DNA of 64,000 nucleotides from an uncultured delta proteobacterium (GCA_963845145.1 CAWJQU010000005.1:992001-1056000), one strand, 5' to 3'. Numbered from the stretch's first letter, positions 41,571 through 51,993 are shown. The notes: generated by a model from the sequence alone, not told the origin. A program made the numbers and translations.

Positions 41571-41786
41571 TCACTCTTTTAAACGGCATTCCGCATCCCA
41601 CTCGGGACAGGCTTCTTCCATCGGCGTTTCGTATTGCATCATGCACTCCCCGCACTCCATCTCTACATTGGGGACATCGCCAAATTTTTCCTTGATTTCC
41701 TCAGGGGAGAGGTGGTTTACGGCACTACAGCCGCATTGGGGGCAAGAGGTATTGATTTGAAATCTTTTTTTTCGTTCTGTTGCCAT
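41571..41786 (-). CDS. Small Cys-rich protein (putative metal-binding)
   Basis: AAGGAG RBS; CPQCGC, CGEC, CPEW..C in 71 aa. Confidence 0.75.
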   Translation of the reverse strand: MATERKKRFQINTSCPQCGCSAVNHLSPEEIKEKFGDVPNVEMECGECMMQYETPMEEACPEWDAECRLKE

Positions 41787-41833
41787 GTTTGGCTCCTTTT
41801 CAATGGGTTTGCAGTTTATATCATCCAATCGAT

Positions 41834-43201
41834 TTATCCGAATAATTTCTCGATCAATTCCCGGGGTAGAATTTTCTTTTCAAGGGCGGTTTCACGCACG
41901 GTGCGTCCGGTTGCAAATGCCTGCTTAGCGATTTCTGCCGCCCGATCATAACCGATATGGGGAACCAGCGCCGTTGCCATCGCCAGGCTTTGGTCGATGT
42001 TGTTTCGACAGCGTTCACGATTGGGCGAAACTCCCGATACACATTTATTGCCCAGTATTTTAGCAGCACCGGCAAGCAAGTCAACGGATTGTAGCAAATT
42101 ATAGGCAATTAAAGGCATGGCCACATTCAATTCAAATCGACCCGATTGCGCGCCCAACATAATGGCCGTATCGTTGCCCATCACCTGGTAGGCGATTTGG
42201 ATCACCGCTTCAGGAATCACCGGATTGACTTTTCCGGGCATAATAGAAGACCCGGGTTGCAGAGCAGGCAGATTCAATTCACCGAGGCCGCAACGCGGAC
42301 CCGAGCCGAGCCAGCGAATATCCCCTGCAATTTTCACCAACCCGGCGGCAATTGTTTTTAATATACCGCTGATTTCCATGGCGGCATCCCTGGCGGCCTG
42401 GGCTTCAAAGTGATTTTTCGCTTCGGTTAAGGGAAGGCCCGTTTGGTCGGCGAGATGTAAGATCACCCGCGACGCAAAAGATGGGTGCGTGTTGATTCCG
42501 GTTCCGACGGCCGTTCCACCAAGGGCCAGTTCGTATAATCGTGGCAAACTTTGTTCGATTCGTTTAATACCGAGTTCGATCTGACGGGCATAGGCGGAAA
42601 ATTCATCTCCCAGGGTGATGGGTACTGCATCTTGCAAATGGGTTCGACCGATTTTTTTAATTGTAGCAAATTCACTGGATTTAGCTTGAAGTTTTATCAG
42701 CAGCTGGTTCATGGCGGGTATTAGCCTGCCGGTAATTTCACCAGCGGCGGCCAGGTGAAGAACCGTGGGAACGACATCGTTGCTGGACTGGCCGAGATTA
42801 ACGTGATCGTTTGGATGAATAGGCGACCGACCAGCTCGTCGCCCTGTCAGGATTTCATTAGCCCGGGAAGCCAGCACTTCGTTCATGTTCATATTGGTTG
42901 ACGTACCGGACCCGGTCTGAAAAAGATCCACAACAAATTGGTCGTCGAGTTGCCCTGCTATCACTTCATCGGCAGCCTGGACAATCGCGTTAGCACTATC
43001 ACCATCCAGCAAACCAAGGTCGGCATTGACCCGGGCCGCCCATTTTTTCACCATCGCCAACTGATGAATAAAAACCGGTGGCAATTTTAACCCACTATTC
43101 GTAAAATTATCAACAGCCCGTTGGGTTTGAGCGCCGTAATAGGCATCCACGGGTACGTTGATGGTTCCCATGCTGTCTTTTTCTTCGCGAAAGGTCATCA
43201 T
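41834..43201 (-). CDS. fumC: Class II fumarate hydratase
   Basis: FQTGSGTSTNMN, GQSSND, GRTHLQDA, PGSSIMPGKVNP. Confidence 0.93.
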   Translation of the reverse strand: MMTFREEKDSMGTINVPVDAYYGAQTQRAVDNFTNSGLKLPPVFIHQLAMVKKWAARVNADLGLLDGDSANAIVQAADEVIAGQLDDQFVVDLFQTGSGTSTNMNMNEVLASRANEILTGRRAGRSPIHPNDHVNLGQSSNDVVPTVLHLAAAGEITGRLIPAMNQLLIKLQAKSSEFATIKKIGRTHLQDAVPITLGDEFSAYARQIELGIKRIEQSLPRLYELALGGTAVGTGINTHPSFASRVILHLADQTGLPLTEAKNHFEAQAARDAAMEISGILKTIAAGLVKIAGDIRWLGSGPRCGLGELNLPALQPGSSIMPGKVNPVIPEAVIQIAYQVMGNDTAIMLGAQSGRFELNVAMPLIAYNLLQSVDLLAGAAKILGNKCVSGVSPNRERCRNNIDQSLAMATALVPHIGYDRAAEIAKQAFATGRTVRETALEKKILPRELIEKLFG

Positions 43202-43315
43202 TTTTGTTTTTTAGTGGAATATGTCTTATATGCAATAATAATCATTAAATCAGTGTGTCAAAATACCAGATAGAGCCGAGCCCGATGGTCGAAAAAGTTG
43301 AACACGTAAAAAGCG

Positions 43316-44104
43316 TTAACCCTCTTTTAAAAATTCCAGCACCGAATCATTAAATCTATCCGCCTGTTCGATATTTGACAGATGGGCGGCGGATGGTAAA
43401 ATAACCAGCTTGGAATTTCGAATTTCGCGATGGATGGCCTCGGCTGCATCAACCGGCGTGCCGGGGTCGTCTTCACCTACGATAATCAGCGTATCGTGTT
43501 GGATTTCTGACAGGCGGTGAAGGTAATCGAGTCCCAGAATGGCATGGCTGCATCCGATATAACCTGCCACGGGAGTCGCCAGAATTTGCTCGCGGATCGG
43601 TTTTACCACGGATTGATTTTTGCTCAGAAACGGGGCAGTAAACCAGCGGGCCATTGTTTCGTCGGCCAGAGATCCCATGCCCTTGTCACGAGCGATGTTC
43701 ATGCGCTCACGGAATAAGGGCTTGGCCTCTTCCGACACGATGGGGGCAGTATCGCAAAGGACGAGTCGTGCAAACCGATTCGGATAATCCAACGCCAGCC
43801 CCTGACCGATCATGCCCCCGATAGAGAGGCCGACGAAATGGGCGCGTTGAATATCCAGGACGTCCATTAAACCGATGATATCCTTTCCGAGGTGTTCAAG
43901 CGTGTAAGCCCCTTCGGTTGCATCGCTGTCGCCATGCCCCCGCATATCGTAGCGCAGTACTCTGAAATGGGGTTCCAACACACGCAATTGCGGTTCCCAC
44001 ATAACCATACTTGAAGCCAAGGAGTGACCGAGGACAACTACCGGTCGGTTTGATTGACCTGAAATTTCAAAATTGATTTTGATTCCGTTAGCTTCGATTT
44101 GCAT
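43316..44104 (-). CDS. pcaD: 3-oxoadipate enol-lactonase-like alpha/beta hydrolase
   Basis: RYDMRGHG, GLSIGG, RWFT, AAHLSNIEQ. Confidence 0.8.
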   Translation of the reverse strand: MQIEANGIKINFEISGQSNRPVVVLGHSLASSMVMWEPQLRVLEPHFRVLRYDMRGHGDSDATEGAYTLEHLGKDIIGLMDVLDIQRAHFVGLSIGGMIGQGLALDYPNRFARLVLCDTAPIVSEEAKPLFRERMNIARDKGMGSLADETMARWFTAPFLSKNQSVVKPIREQILATPVAGYIGCSHAILGLDYLHRLSEIQHDTLIIVGEDDPGTPVDAAEAIHREIRNSKLVILPSAAHLSNIEQADRFNDSVLEFLKEG

Positions 44105-44322
44105 GCACGCTCTCCTTCTTATGGTAACAAATCATTTTTGTCATGTTTCAAGCTTTTATAGGATAGTATTTATACGGCATCATTCCGGGCTTCGGAAGAA
44201 CGCAGCATCAAATATACGGCTATCGATCGTGATGATGATCTATGATATCATTCAATACTTATGGTCACAACATTTACAAAAAATTTGGTGAAATGCATGG
44301 TAGTTGCGAAAAGGACCTCTTA

Positions 44323-44946
44323 ATGATCCATTTTTTGACCATTGGAATCATTTTGGGCGTTTCCGCGGGTTTTGCGCCGGGTCCCCTTTTGGCCCTCGTC
44401 ATTTCAGAAACGCTCCAGCATGATATTAAAGCCGGTGTGAAAGTAGCGCTTGCGCCAATTGTCACCGATATCCCGATAATTATTTTAACGATCTTCATCC
44501 TGGCCAAATTATCAAATTTCCAAAACATATTGGGCATTATTTCATTGATTGGCGGGGTCGTTATTTTATTTATGGGTTATGAAAGTATACGGACACGAGG
44601 CGTTGATATCAATTTCCAGGGGGGAGCGCCAAAGTCCCTTATAAAAGGGATTTTGGCCAATGCACTCAGCCCCCATCCTTATTTATTCTGGTTGAGTGTG
44701 GGCGCGCCGATTATAACGAAGGCGATGAACCACAGCGTGTTTGCACCGGTGGCTTTTATTGGTAGTTTTCTGACACTATTGGTGGGGGCAAAAATCCTGC
44801 TTGCGATTGTGGTCGGCAAATCAAAAACATTTTTACGCGGGAAGGTTTACATCTATACCATGCGTTTCCTTGGCTTGGTATTATGCGTTTTGGCGCTGAC
44901 TCTTTTTTATGACGGTTTCAAGCTTCTGGAAATAGTAAAGGCCTGA
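44323..44946 (+). CDS. LysE-family translocator
   Basis: AGFAPGP, NALSPHPYLFW; hydrophobic. Confidence 0.85.
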   Translation: MIHFLTIGIILGVSAGFAPGPLLALVISETLQHDIKAGVKVALAPIVTDIPIIILTIFILAKLSNFQNILGIISLIGGVVILFMGYESIRTRGVDINFQGGAPKSLIKGILANALSPHPYLFWLSVGAPIITKAMNHSVFAPVAFIGSFLTLLVGAKILLAIVVGKSKTFLRGKVYIYTMRFLGLVLCVLALTLFYDGFKLLEIVKA

Positions 44947-44959
44947 TAATTAGTAGACC

Positions 44960-47440
44960 TTATTGAATATAATTGGAAATCATGGCCGTTAATTCAGTAT
45001 GTCCCCGTTGGATGGCAAGGTCGGCACCGGTTTGATTGTTGTTATTTTTCAAAGAGAGATCGGCGCCCGTTAAAAGAATGTGTTTGCCGATTTCGGTATG
45101 GCCTTCAAAAGCGGCAAACATAAGCGGTGTCCAGCCGTCTCGGTCTTTCCGGTTCGGATCGGCGCCAGCGGATAAAAGCCTGCGAACAATATTTGTATGA
45201 CCGTTCCAGGCTGCCGCCATCAGCGGGGTGCGGCCATCCCTGTCAGCAAGATTCCATCTGGCCCCACGTCTCAATAACCTATCAACAATTTCATTATGTC
45301 CCCTAATTGCGGCATAAAACAGGGCGGTCCGTCCTTCCTGGTTTTGGATATTTACCCTGGCATTGCGACTAAGCAGCCATTCTGTTGTCGCAACATCTCC
45401 TTTCCAGGCCGCTTTTATAAGGGCCGTCTCGCCGGAAGGCGTGGGCTGATTAATCGTGGCGCCCCCGTCCACAAGAAGTTGAACAATTTTAAGGAACCCT
45501 TTTTCGACCGCAGCGATCAGGGCGGATTGATCTTTAGAAAAAATGGTATTTGGGTCGGCGCCATCGGATAAGGCTTGCCGCACTAAGTTGATATGGCCAT
45601 TACGAATTGCACTGACCAGGCTTATGGTTGACGGGTTCAGCTTTTTGATTGTTATCGTTTTTATGGGGGTTGCCGGTTTAATGTTTTTAACCGTAACATG
45701 CTTATTCCCAGCAGGTTTGGTGGCCTTTTTCAGATCCGGAGGAGGCACGTTATTTTCAATGTGCATGGTTTCTTGTTTGAGAATCGGAAGGGTACCTGTC
45801 TGAAAAAGGGGTTTATTTTTGCCGGGATTGGCCCTCTTGCTTGTTGTGGCAAGGAGTTCTTCGTTTTGCGCAGGTTTTTCGGAATGGGCTGTTTCGTTTG
45901 AAGCCGATATATCAGGGGCGGTAAATATTTGGTCGATTTGGATTGGTTCTTCTGCTTTTTCAAGAATAGCGCCTGATATCTTTACTACTTTTTTAGCCCA
46001 GCGAGAGCGATTTTGAATAGTTGATGCCGGCAAGCCTAATGTGACTTGCGAACTTGGTATAACTTCCGAACCTGATATGATTTCTAAACCTGGTTTGGCT
46101 TCCGAGCCCGGTATGACTTCCGAACCGGGTTTGACATCCAAACCGGGTTTGACTTCCAAATCGGGTTTAAATTCCGCAATGATTGTGTCGGGCCCAATTT
46201 CCAAATTTTTTGTCAAAGCCTGGCCGGTGGGAAGAGGGGCGACGGATGTGGGCGTGAAAGTATGTGGCCGCGAAGGTAGCCAAACATAACCGAACGCGGC
46301 GGCGATCAAAAGGTAGGCCACTGCCCATCCCCAAGGCCGGAAGCGCGGCCTTGGGAGAACAGGCCGGTGATTCAAAAAGCCGATAAAGTCTTTTTTCCGC
46401 CGCCGGAATGCCATCTGCCATAGGGTTAGGTATTTTCGGAAAAATGGCGATTTGGATTTCCGAGGAACAGTCACCATGCCTTGGTAGCGGTGGGACTGCT
46501 GCACCGGTACTTTCTTTATAGATGATGGGTCAAAGCCCTCATTCTCAGGTCTCTTCCTTAAATTTGATTTGAGAATAGTCGATTCCGTTTTCAGAGCTCG
46601 TTTCGTTTCGGGCTCATCCCCCACTGTACGAAGGATATATGCGGATATATCGTGAATATCTATAGGTGTTACCGATTGTCCGACATGCGCGACAGTTGTG
46701 AACATTGCCAGGTCGCATATCGTTACCACGCGACGGGGGATTCCGCCGGATAAAGAAAAAATCGTACGTAGCGTCTGATCGCTAAAAAGTGCCGGCCCGA
46801 AATACGCCGCTTTTTTCAGACGATGCGCAATCATCTTGCGACACTCATCAAAGCTCATTCGCGTCAAGCGGCAATGACGGAAGGGGTCGGCAACATTATG
46901 CAATGATTCTGCTTTAATAAGGCGCTGGTTTAATTCAGCTTGACCAGATAAAATAATCGTGACGCCAATTCCCTGGGTTTTCAGAACATCGCGCCACGAG
47001 AAGAGTTCATTTAAAGTCTTACTACCCAGGCATTGGGCTTCATCGATAATCAGTACGGGTAGCATTTTATTTTCGACACAGCTTTTTAAGTCTGCGGTAA
47101 TACGACGATTAAGATCCTTGGCAAGGGAATTGACTCCGGGAGTTCTCAGGGTTTGTGCAATGGCGAGTTGCAGTTCCGGCCAATTCTCCAGGGTCTGGCT
47201 GATGAGAGACCAATGCGCTTTTTGGTGCGTTGAATGGATATTCTCGGACATCAGGTAGTGAATCAGCGTGGTTTTACCCGTACCCGCCTCACCGCTCAGG
47301 ACAACACAGGGCGCTTGTTGTTCAATGCCCTGATTGATGCAATCCGCTGCCTTTCGAGCGGTATCCGTCATGTAATAAAAAACCGGGTCCGTTGTGTTGC
47401 TGAAAGGTTTTGCAGATAGTTTTAAGTCTTTAAAAAACAT
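44960..47440 (-). CDS. ExeA/GspA-like AAA ATPase fused via a TM segment and linker to C-terminal ankyrin repeats
   Basis: PFSNTTDP, GEAGTGKT, IIDEAQ, ILSGQ, SGGIPR; TM WAVAYLLIAAAFGYVW; about 6 GxTxLxxAA..GH ankyrin repeats. Confidence 0.85.
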   Translation of the reverse strand: MFFKDLKLSAKPFSNTTDPVFYYMTDTARKAADCINQGIEQQAPCVVLSGEAGTGKTTLIHYLMSENIHSTHQKAHWSLISQTLENWPELQLAIAQTLRTPGVNSLAKDLNRRITADLKSCVENKMLPVLIIDEAQCLGSKTLNELFSWRDVLKTQGIGVTIILSGQAELNQRLIKAESLHNVADPFRHCRLTRMSFDECRKMIAHRLKKAAYFGPALFSDQTLRTIFSLSGGIPRRVVTICDLAMFTTVAHVGQSVTPIDIHDISAYILRTVGDEPETKRALKTESTILKSNLRKRPENEGFDPSSIKKVPVQQSHRYQGMVTVPRKSKSPFFRKYLTLWQMAFRRRKKDFIGFLNHRPVLPRPRFRPWGWAVAYLLIAAAFGYVWLPSRPHTFTPTSVAPLPTGQALTKNLEIGPDTIIAEFKPDLEVKPGLDVKPGSEVIPGSEAKPGLEIISGSEVIPSSQVTLGLPASTIQNRSRWAKKVVKISGAILEKAEEPIQIDQIFTAPDISASNETAHSEKPAQNEELLATTSKRANPGKNKPLFQTGTLPILKQETMHIENNVPPPDLKKATKPAGNKHVTVKNIKPATPIKTITIKKLNPSTISLVSAIRNGHINLVRQALSDGADPNTIFSKDQSALIAAVEKGFLKIVQLLVDGGATINQPTPSGETALIKAAWKGDVATTEWLLSRNARVNIQNQEGRTALFYAAIRGHNEIVDRLLRRGARWNLADRDGRTPLMAAAWNGHTNIVRRLLSAGADPNRKDRDGWTPLMFAAFEGHTEIGKHILLTGADLSLKNNNNQTGADLAIQRGHTELTAMISNYIQ

Positions 47441-47467
47441 AGCAGGCTATTTATTATTTTGGTTTTC

Positions 47468-47992
47468 CTAATTTTCTATGAAAAGTTCCACGCGTCGGTT
47501 GCGTGCCCTTCCCTCAGGGTTGTCCGATCCGTCAGGATTTGTGTTAGGCACAAGCGGCCGACTTTCGCCGAAATTCCGAACAACGATGCGCTCTTTTTGC
47601 ACGCCGCTAAAAATCAGCTCCCGGGCAACACTGTTTGCCCGTCGCTGTGAAAGGTCGAGGTTGTATTGTTGAGAACCCATTGCGTCGGTATGGCCTTCCA
47701 CAGCAATATCGCGCTGATTGTATTGGGGTGCATTAACAACGGTGGCGATTTGGTGCATTTTTGCCCGCGCACCCGGTTTCATGCGATCATTGTCATAATC
47801 AAACAGCAATATCTCCGGAAAATAAATCGCGACGCCCCTCGTTGTTTCCTCTACTTTAAGGTCAAGATTTTCGAACGCGGCGACCATTTGGCGGTTTTGC
47901 TCGGCTACCTTCTCATTTAAATGCTTGCCTTGGGTGGCACAACCCGTGGCGACAATAAGTGTAATGGCGATGCAGATAAGGCTCGTTCTCAT
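47468..47992 (-). CDS. OmpA-family peptidoglycan-binding lipoprotein
   Basis: Lipobox ATGC; EGHTD, NLDLSQRRA, GRARNRRVE. Confidence 0.92.
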   Translation of the reverse strand: MRTSLICIAITLIVATGCATQGKHLNEKVAEQNRQMVAAFENLDLKVEETTRGVAIYFPEILLFDYDNDRMKPGARAKMHQIATVVNAPQYNQRDIAVEGHTDAMGSQQYNLDLSQRRANSVARELIFSGVQKERIVVRNFGESRPLVPNTNPDGSDNPEGRARNRRVELFIEN

Positions 47993-48124
47993 TAATACCT
48001 CTTTCTCCTCAAAATCAAAATAAGGTGGACTGAATCATTTAACATGACGAAAACCATCGGGTAGGCAACCATAGATCATATATGCGATGTCCCCCGGGTG
48101 GCTGATCTCTCTAATTCGTTTTAA

Positions 48125-48140
48125 AGCAATAAGGATACCA
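48125..48140 (-). promoter_or_regulatory. Sigma54 -24/-12 promoter motif for ompA-exeA/ankyrin
   Basis: Minus strand TGGTATCCTTATTGCT. Confidence 0.6.
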
Positions 48141-48340
48141 TACAGCGAGAATTTAAACGGTTACATTGAAATGTAAGGCAATAAAATAAAATTTCAACAG
48201 CTTATCCATTGTGCGGCAACCGATGTAACGCAATAATCGGATGATCAATTTTGTAGTGACCCGGTACTATCAATCCGGTGCTGTCGATGCGAAACTGTCA
48301 ATATGGTTGACAGATGACGCCTGGAATGTAAACTTGTTTC

Positions 48341-49969
48341 ATGGTCGACATTCTGCTTATCCAGCCACCCATCAGGGATTTTTACCTTACGGCTAAACGA
48401 ACACAGCCCTATGGCTTGGCTTGTATAGCCGGAGCCTTAATCCGGAAAGGCTTTACGACTGAAATCTTTGATGCCCTGGCAACTCGCAAATCCAAGACGT
48501 TGAATTGGCCTTATGAGATGGCGTATCTGGACAAGTTTTACGGTCGTGCGGATCATTCCCCCTTCGCCCTCTTTCATCGTTATCGGCATTTCGGATACAG
48601 TTTTGAGCACATCGGAAAAATTGCCCTGGATTCAGGGGCGTTTCTCGTTGGGATTTCTTCACTTTTCACAGCGTATCAAAATGAGGCTATAAAAACAGCT
48701 GAGATTGTCAAAAAATGGCATCCAAGCGCTAAAATTGTACTGGGCGGGCACCATCCCACCGTTTTCCCCAAAGAAGTGATGGAATCAAGGGCAGTCGATT
48801 TTATTATAGGCGGAGAAGGCGAAGGCGCTCTGCCGCACTTGGCCCAGGCGTTAAAAACGGGCCAAGGCCTTAAGGGGATTCCAGGGCTTGTTTTCCGCGA
48901 TGAAAACGACCATGTTTCAATAAGCACAGCAACCGGTGAGGCCGATCTGGACCAGGCTCCCTTGCCGGCATTGCATTTGGTCAAGCAGGCCTTTTACCAA
49001 AGGGGGGGGCATGGCAGCGCCGTCATTGTTGCCAGCCGGGGGTGTCCTTTGCAGTGCAGCTACTGCAGCCTGGGAGCGGGCTCACCCGTTAAATATCGAC
49101 GGCGTAGCGTGGCGTCCGTGATTGCGGAGATAGAGTATGCGGTGTCCCATCATGACGCCCGGTTCATCGACTTTGAGGATGAAAACCTCTCCCTGGACAA
49201 GCAGTGGTTTTTACATCTTCTATCTGAAATCAGTCGGCGATATGTCTGTAAAGGACTGGAACTTCGGGCGATGAACGGTTTGCTGCCCATCTCCCTGGAC
49301 GATGAGATGATTGTCGCCATGAAGGCGGCAGGCTTTAAAACTTTGAACCTTTCCCTGGGTTCAACATCCGGTAAACAACTGAAAAAATTCAACCGTCCGG
49401 ACGTCCGGACGGGATTTGAAACGGCGCTTGAACTGGCTGAAACCCACTCGCTGGGCGCTGTCGGCTATGTGATCGCCGGGGCACCGGGTCAAAGCGCCGA
49501 GGGGTCCCTTAACGATCTTTTGTATCTGGCCTCCCGCCGGGTACTGGCCGGATTGTCCATTTTTTACCCGGCACCAGGCAGTACGGATTATAAATGGTGC
49601 AAACAGCTGGGAATTCTTCCCGATCATTTTTCACTGTTGCGGTCCAGTTGTCTGCCCGTTTCCCATGAAACCCGTCGAACCGAGTCCGTTACCCTGCTTC
49701 GGATCGCACGCATACTCAATTTTATGAAAGCACTGCGTGATCGCGGGGTGCCTCTTCCCATGCCGGAGTCATTTGCCGATCAAATAACCTTAAACCCCAG
49801 TGATCGAGAGGAAGCGGGCCTGAAGCTTTTAAGCTGGTTTTTAAAAGATGGGTCCATTCGCGGGGTCACGCCGAAGGGCGACATTTATACGCATCAGATA
49901 GACCGCCGGCTTACTGACATGTTTCTTGACGGAATCAGCCGAATCACTGTAAGGGGTAGTATTCGATGA
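48341..49969 (+). CDS. B12-binding radical SAM protein
   Basis: QPYGL, LGGHHPT, SRGCPLQCSYC, FEDEN. Confidence 0.92.
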   Translation: MVDILLIQPPIRDFYLTAKRTQPYGLACIAGALIRKGFTTEIFDALATRKSKTLNWPYEMAYLDKFYGRADHSPFALFHRYRHFGYSFEHIGKIALDSGAFLVGISSLFTAYQNEAIKTAEIVKKWHPSAKIVLGGHHPTVFPKEVMESRAVDFIIGGEGEGALPHLAQALKTGQGLKGIPGLVFRDENDHVSISTATGEADLDQAPLPALHLVKQAFYQRGGHGSAVIVASRGCPLQCSYCSLGAGSPVKYRRRSVASVIAEIEYAVSHHDARFIDFEDENLSLDKQWFLHLLSEISRRYVCKGLELRAMNGLLPISLDDEMIVAMKAAGFKTLNLSLGSTSGKQLKKFNRPDVRTGFETALELAETHSLGAVGYVIAGAPGQSAEGSLNDLLYLASRRVLAGLSIFYPAPGSTDYKWCKQLGILPDHFSLLRSSCLPVSHETRRTESVTLLRIARILNFMKALRDRGVPLPMPESFADQITLNPSDREEAGLKLLSWFLKDGSIRGVTPKGDIYTHQIDRRLTDMFLDGISRITVRGSIR

Positions 49970-50022
49970 AAACTGGGCGATAAAGACACCCTTAATTGCC
50001 TACTATAATCCGGGAGGTCACA

Positions 50023-51081
50023 ATGCGCACAAAATCAATTTTAAAAGACAGGCTGGACAAAGATGCCTTGATTTGTGCCGAAGGTTATTTGTTCGAATTG
50101 GAGCGCAGGGGGTACCTGCAGGCCGGTGCGTTTGTGCCCGAGGTCGTTTTGGATCACCCTGAAGTTGTCTTGCAGCTTCATCGGGAGTTTTTGCGTGCCG
50201 GCACGGATATCGTGGTAGCCTTTACCTATTATGCCCACCGGGAAAAGCTGCGCATTATTAATAAAGAACACCTTTTGGAAGATATGCAGAAATCCGCCCT
50301 GCGTATGGCCCGTGAAGCACGTGATGAATTCCAGGAGGAACCCATTTTGGTGGCTGGAAATATCTGCAATACCAACATTTATGATGAAAAAGATACCGCC
50401 ACACATCGTGAGGTTAAAAAGATGTTTGATGAACAGGTGGCCTGGGCTTTAGATGCTGACGTTGATTTCATCATCGCCGAAACCCTTGCCCATCACGGTG
50501 AAGCCAAACTGGCTTTAGCATCCATTCGGGAATCCGGGCTTGAAGCCGTGGTGAATCTGGTGGGGCATAGAGAAGGACGGCTACGGGATGGTATTGAGCT
50601 AACGGAAAGCTGCCGGGAACTCGAACAGATGGGTGCTGCAGTGGTGGGATTAAACTGCAATCGGGGACCGGCCACTATGTTACCCTTGGTCAAGGAGATT
50701 CGACAGGCGGTTTCCTGCCATGTGGCTGCCGTGCCAGTGCCTTATCGTACAACCGATGCGCATCCCACTTTTCAATCTCTTGAAGATCCGAGTTGTGGTT
50801 GTATCCCTGACGATCGGCCTTTTCCGGTGGCCTTGGACCCGTTTACCTGTAACCGGTATGAGATGGCCGATTTCGCCAAAAAGGCGATTGAGGCGGATAT
50901 CCGATTTATCGGCGTCTGCTGTGGTGCCGGCCCTCACCATATCCGGGCCATTGCAGAGGCTTTGGGGCGGTCCCCGGAAGCGGGTAAATATTCACCCGAC
51001 ATGTCTAAACATTATGCTCTGGGGTCGGGAGGACGCACCAAAAAGGATAACCTGGATTTTGCAAAAGGGCAAAAGCTGTAA
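50023..51081 (+). CDS. Homocysteine S-methyltransferase (BHMT-like)
   Basis: EGYLFELERRGY..AG..PE, GLNC, GVCCG Zn ligands. Confidence 0.88.
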   Translation: MRTKSILKDRLDKDALICAEGYLFELERRGYLQAGAFVPEVVLDHPEVVLQLHREFLRAGTDIVVAFTYYAHREKLRIINKEHLLEDMQKSALRMAREARDEFQEEPILVAGNICNTNIYDEKDTATHREVKKMFDEQVAWALDADVDFIIAETLAHHGEAKLALASIRESGLEAVVNLVGHREGRLRDGIELTESCRELEQMGAAVVGLNCNRGPATMLPLVKEIRQAVSCHVAAVPVPYRTTDAHPTFQSLEDPSCGCIPDDRPFPVALDPFTCNRYEMADFAKKAIEADIRFIGVCCGAGPHHIRAIAEALGRSPEAGKYSPDMSKHYALGSGGRTKKDNLDFAKGQKL

Positions 51082-51099
51082 TGCTGTGGGAATGGGTCA

Positions 51100-51474
51100 A
51101 TGCCTAATAGCCGGCTTGTTTATTCGACCGATAGTGGGCGCATTTGTGCCAGGTGCGGCAATGCCATGTCGGCCTGTACGTGCAAGAAGAAAAACGCAAA
51201 TAAGAATACCGAGTCGACAGGCCATATCAAAAACGACGGGATTATTCGCATCCAACGCGAAACCAAAGGCCGCAAGGGCAAGACCGTAACGGCTATCTAT
51301 GGTTTTGAGACTGATGATACGAAACTGAAAAAAATCGCTGCACGCTTAAAAAGTTGCTGCGGGACGGGTGGGTCGGTGAAATCCGGCGTTATTATCATTC
51401 AGGGCGATCATCGAAAAACGGTGCAGGCGGAATTGGTTAAACAAGGTTACTCAGTAAAGCTGGCTGGGGGGTAA
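51100..51474 (+). CDS. yciH: Translation factor SUI1/YciH
   Basis: RLVYSTD, GRKGKTVT, LKSCCGTGG, IQGDHR. Confidence 0.92.
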   Translation: MPNSRLVYSTDSGRICARCGNAMSACTCKKKNANKNTESTGHIKNDGIIRIQRETKGRKGKTVTAIYGFETDDTKLKKIAARLKSCCGTGGSVKSGVIIIQGDHRKTVQAELVKQGYSVKLAGG

Positions 51475-51511
51475 ACGTTTCGAACGCCTTTTTCGGCATT
51501 GCAGGTGAAAA

Positions 51512-51688
51512 ATGACCTATAATTTCGACCCCGATCAATGGTATGAAAATGAACTTTACATTATCCGGACCAAGGTCAAAGCCGGTAAAATGTCCCATCA
51601 GGCACACGATGAGGCCATTGAGGCGCTGGAGCAAAAGGTTAAAGCGATGTGGGATCGGCTGAATGGATCATACCAAATGCCGAAATAA
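51512..51688 (+). CDS. Small hypothetical protein (58 aa)
   Basis: Below the ORF cutoff; AGGTGA RBS; MTYNFDPDQWYENELYIIR...WDRLNGSYQMPK fills the gap on the same strand as its neighbours. Confidence 0.65.
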   Translation: MTYNFDPDQWYENELYIIRTKVKAGKMSHQAHDEAIEALEQKVKAMWDRLNGSYQMPK

Positions 51689-51756
51689 GCATCCTTTCGA
51701 TCCGAATTACGTCTTCACTAAAAGCATTATACATCCGCATTAATAAGGAGATACCC

Positions 51757-51993
51757 ATGATTCAACTACGCAACAAGGAAACAGGAGCAACCATTGGCGA
51801 AATCAGTGATGAGCAGTTGCAGTTTTTAATCGACCATTTGGAAGAGGAGTTTGAGGAAGATACCGACTATTACCTCAATCGGACAACACTGGACATGTTA
51901 AAAGAGAAGGGATTGGATGGCACGCTTTTGACCCTTCTTGAAAATGCGTTTGGGGATCATGACGAGATAGAGGTCGAATGGTCGCGAAGTTAG
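51757..51993 (+). CDS. Small acidic hypothetical protein
   Basis: AAGGAG RBS; LQFLIDHLEEE..EDTDYYL. Confidence 0.75.
   Translation: MIQLRNKETGATIGEISDEQLQFLIDHLEEEFEEDTDYYLNRTTLDMLKEKGLDGTLLTLLENAFGDHDEIEVEWSRS

Noticed and set aside
41554..41600. yybP-ykoY Mn riboswitch before mntP
   Set aside because: Only 17 bp separate mntP from the upstream CDS.
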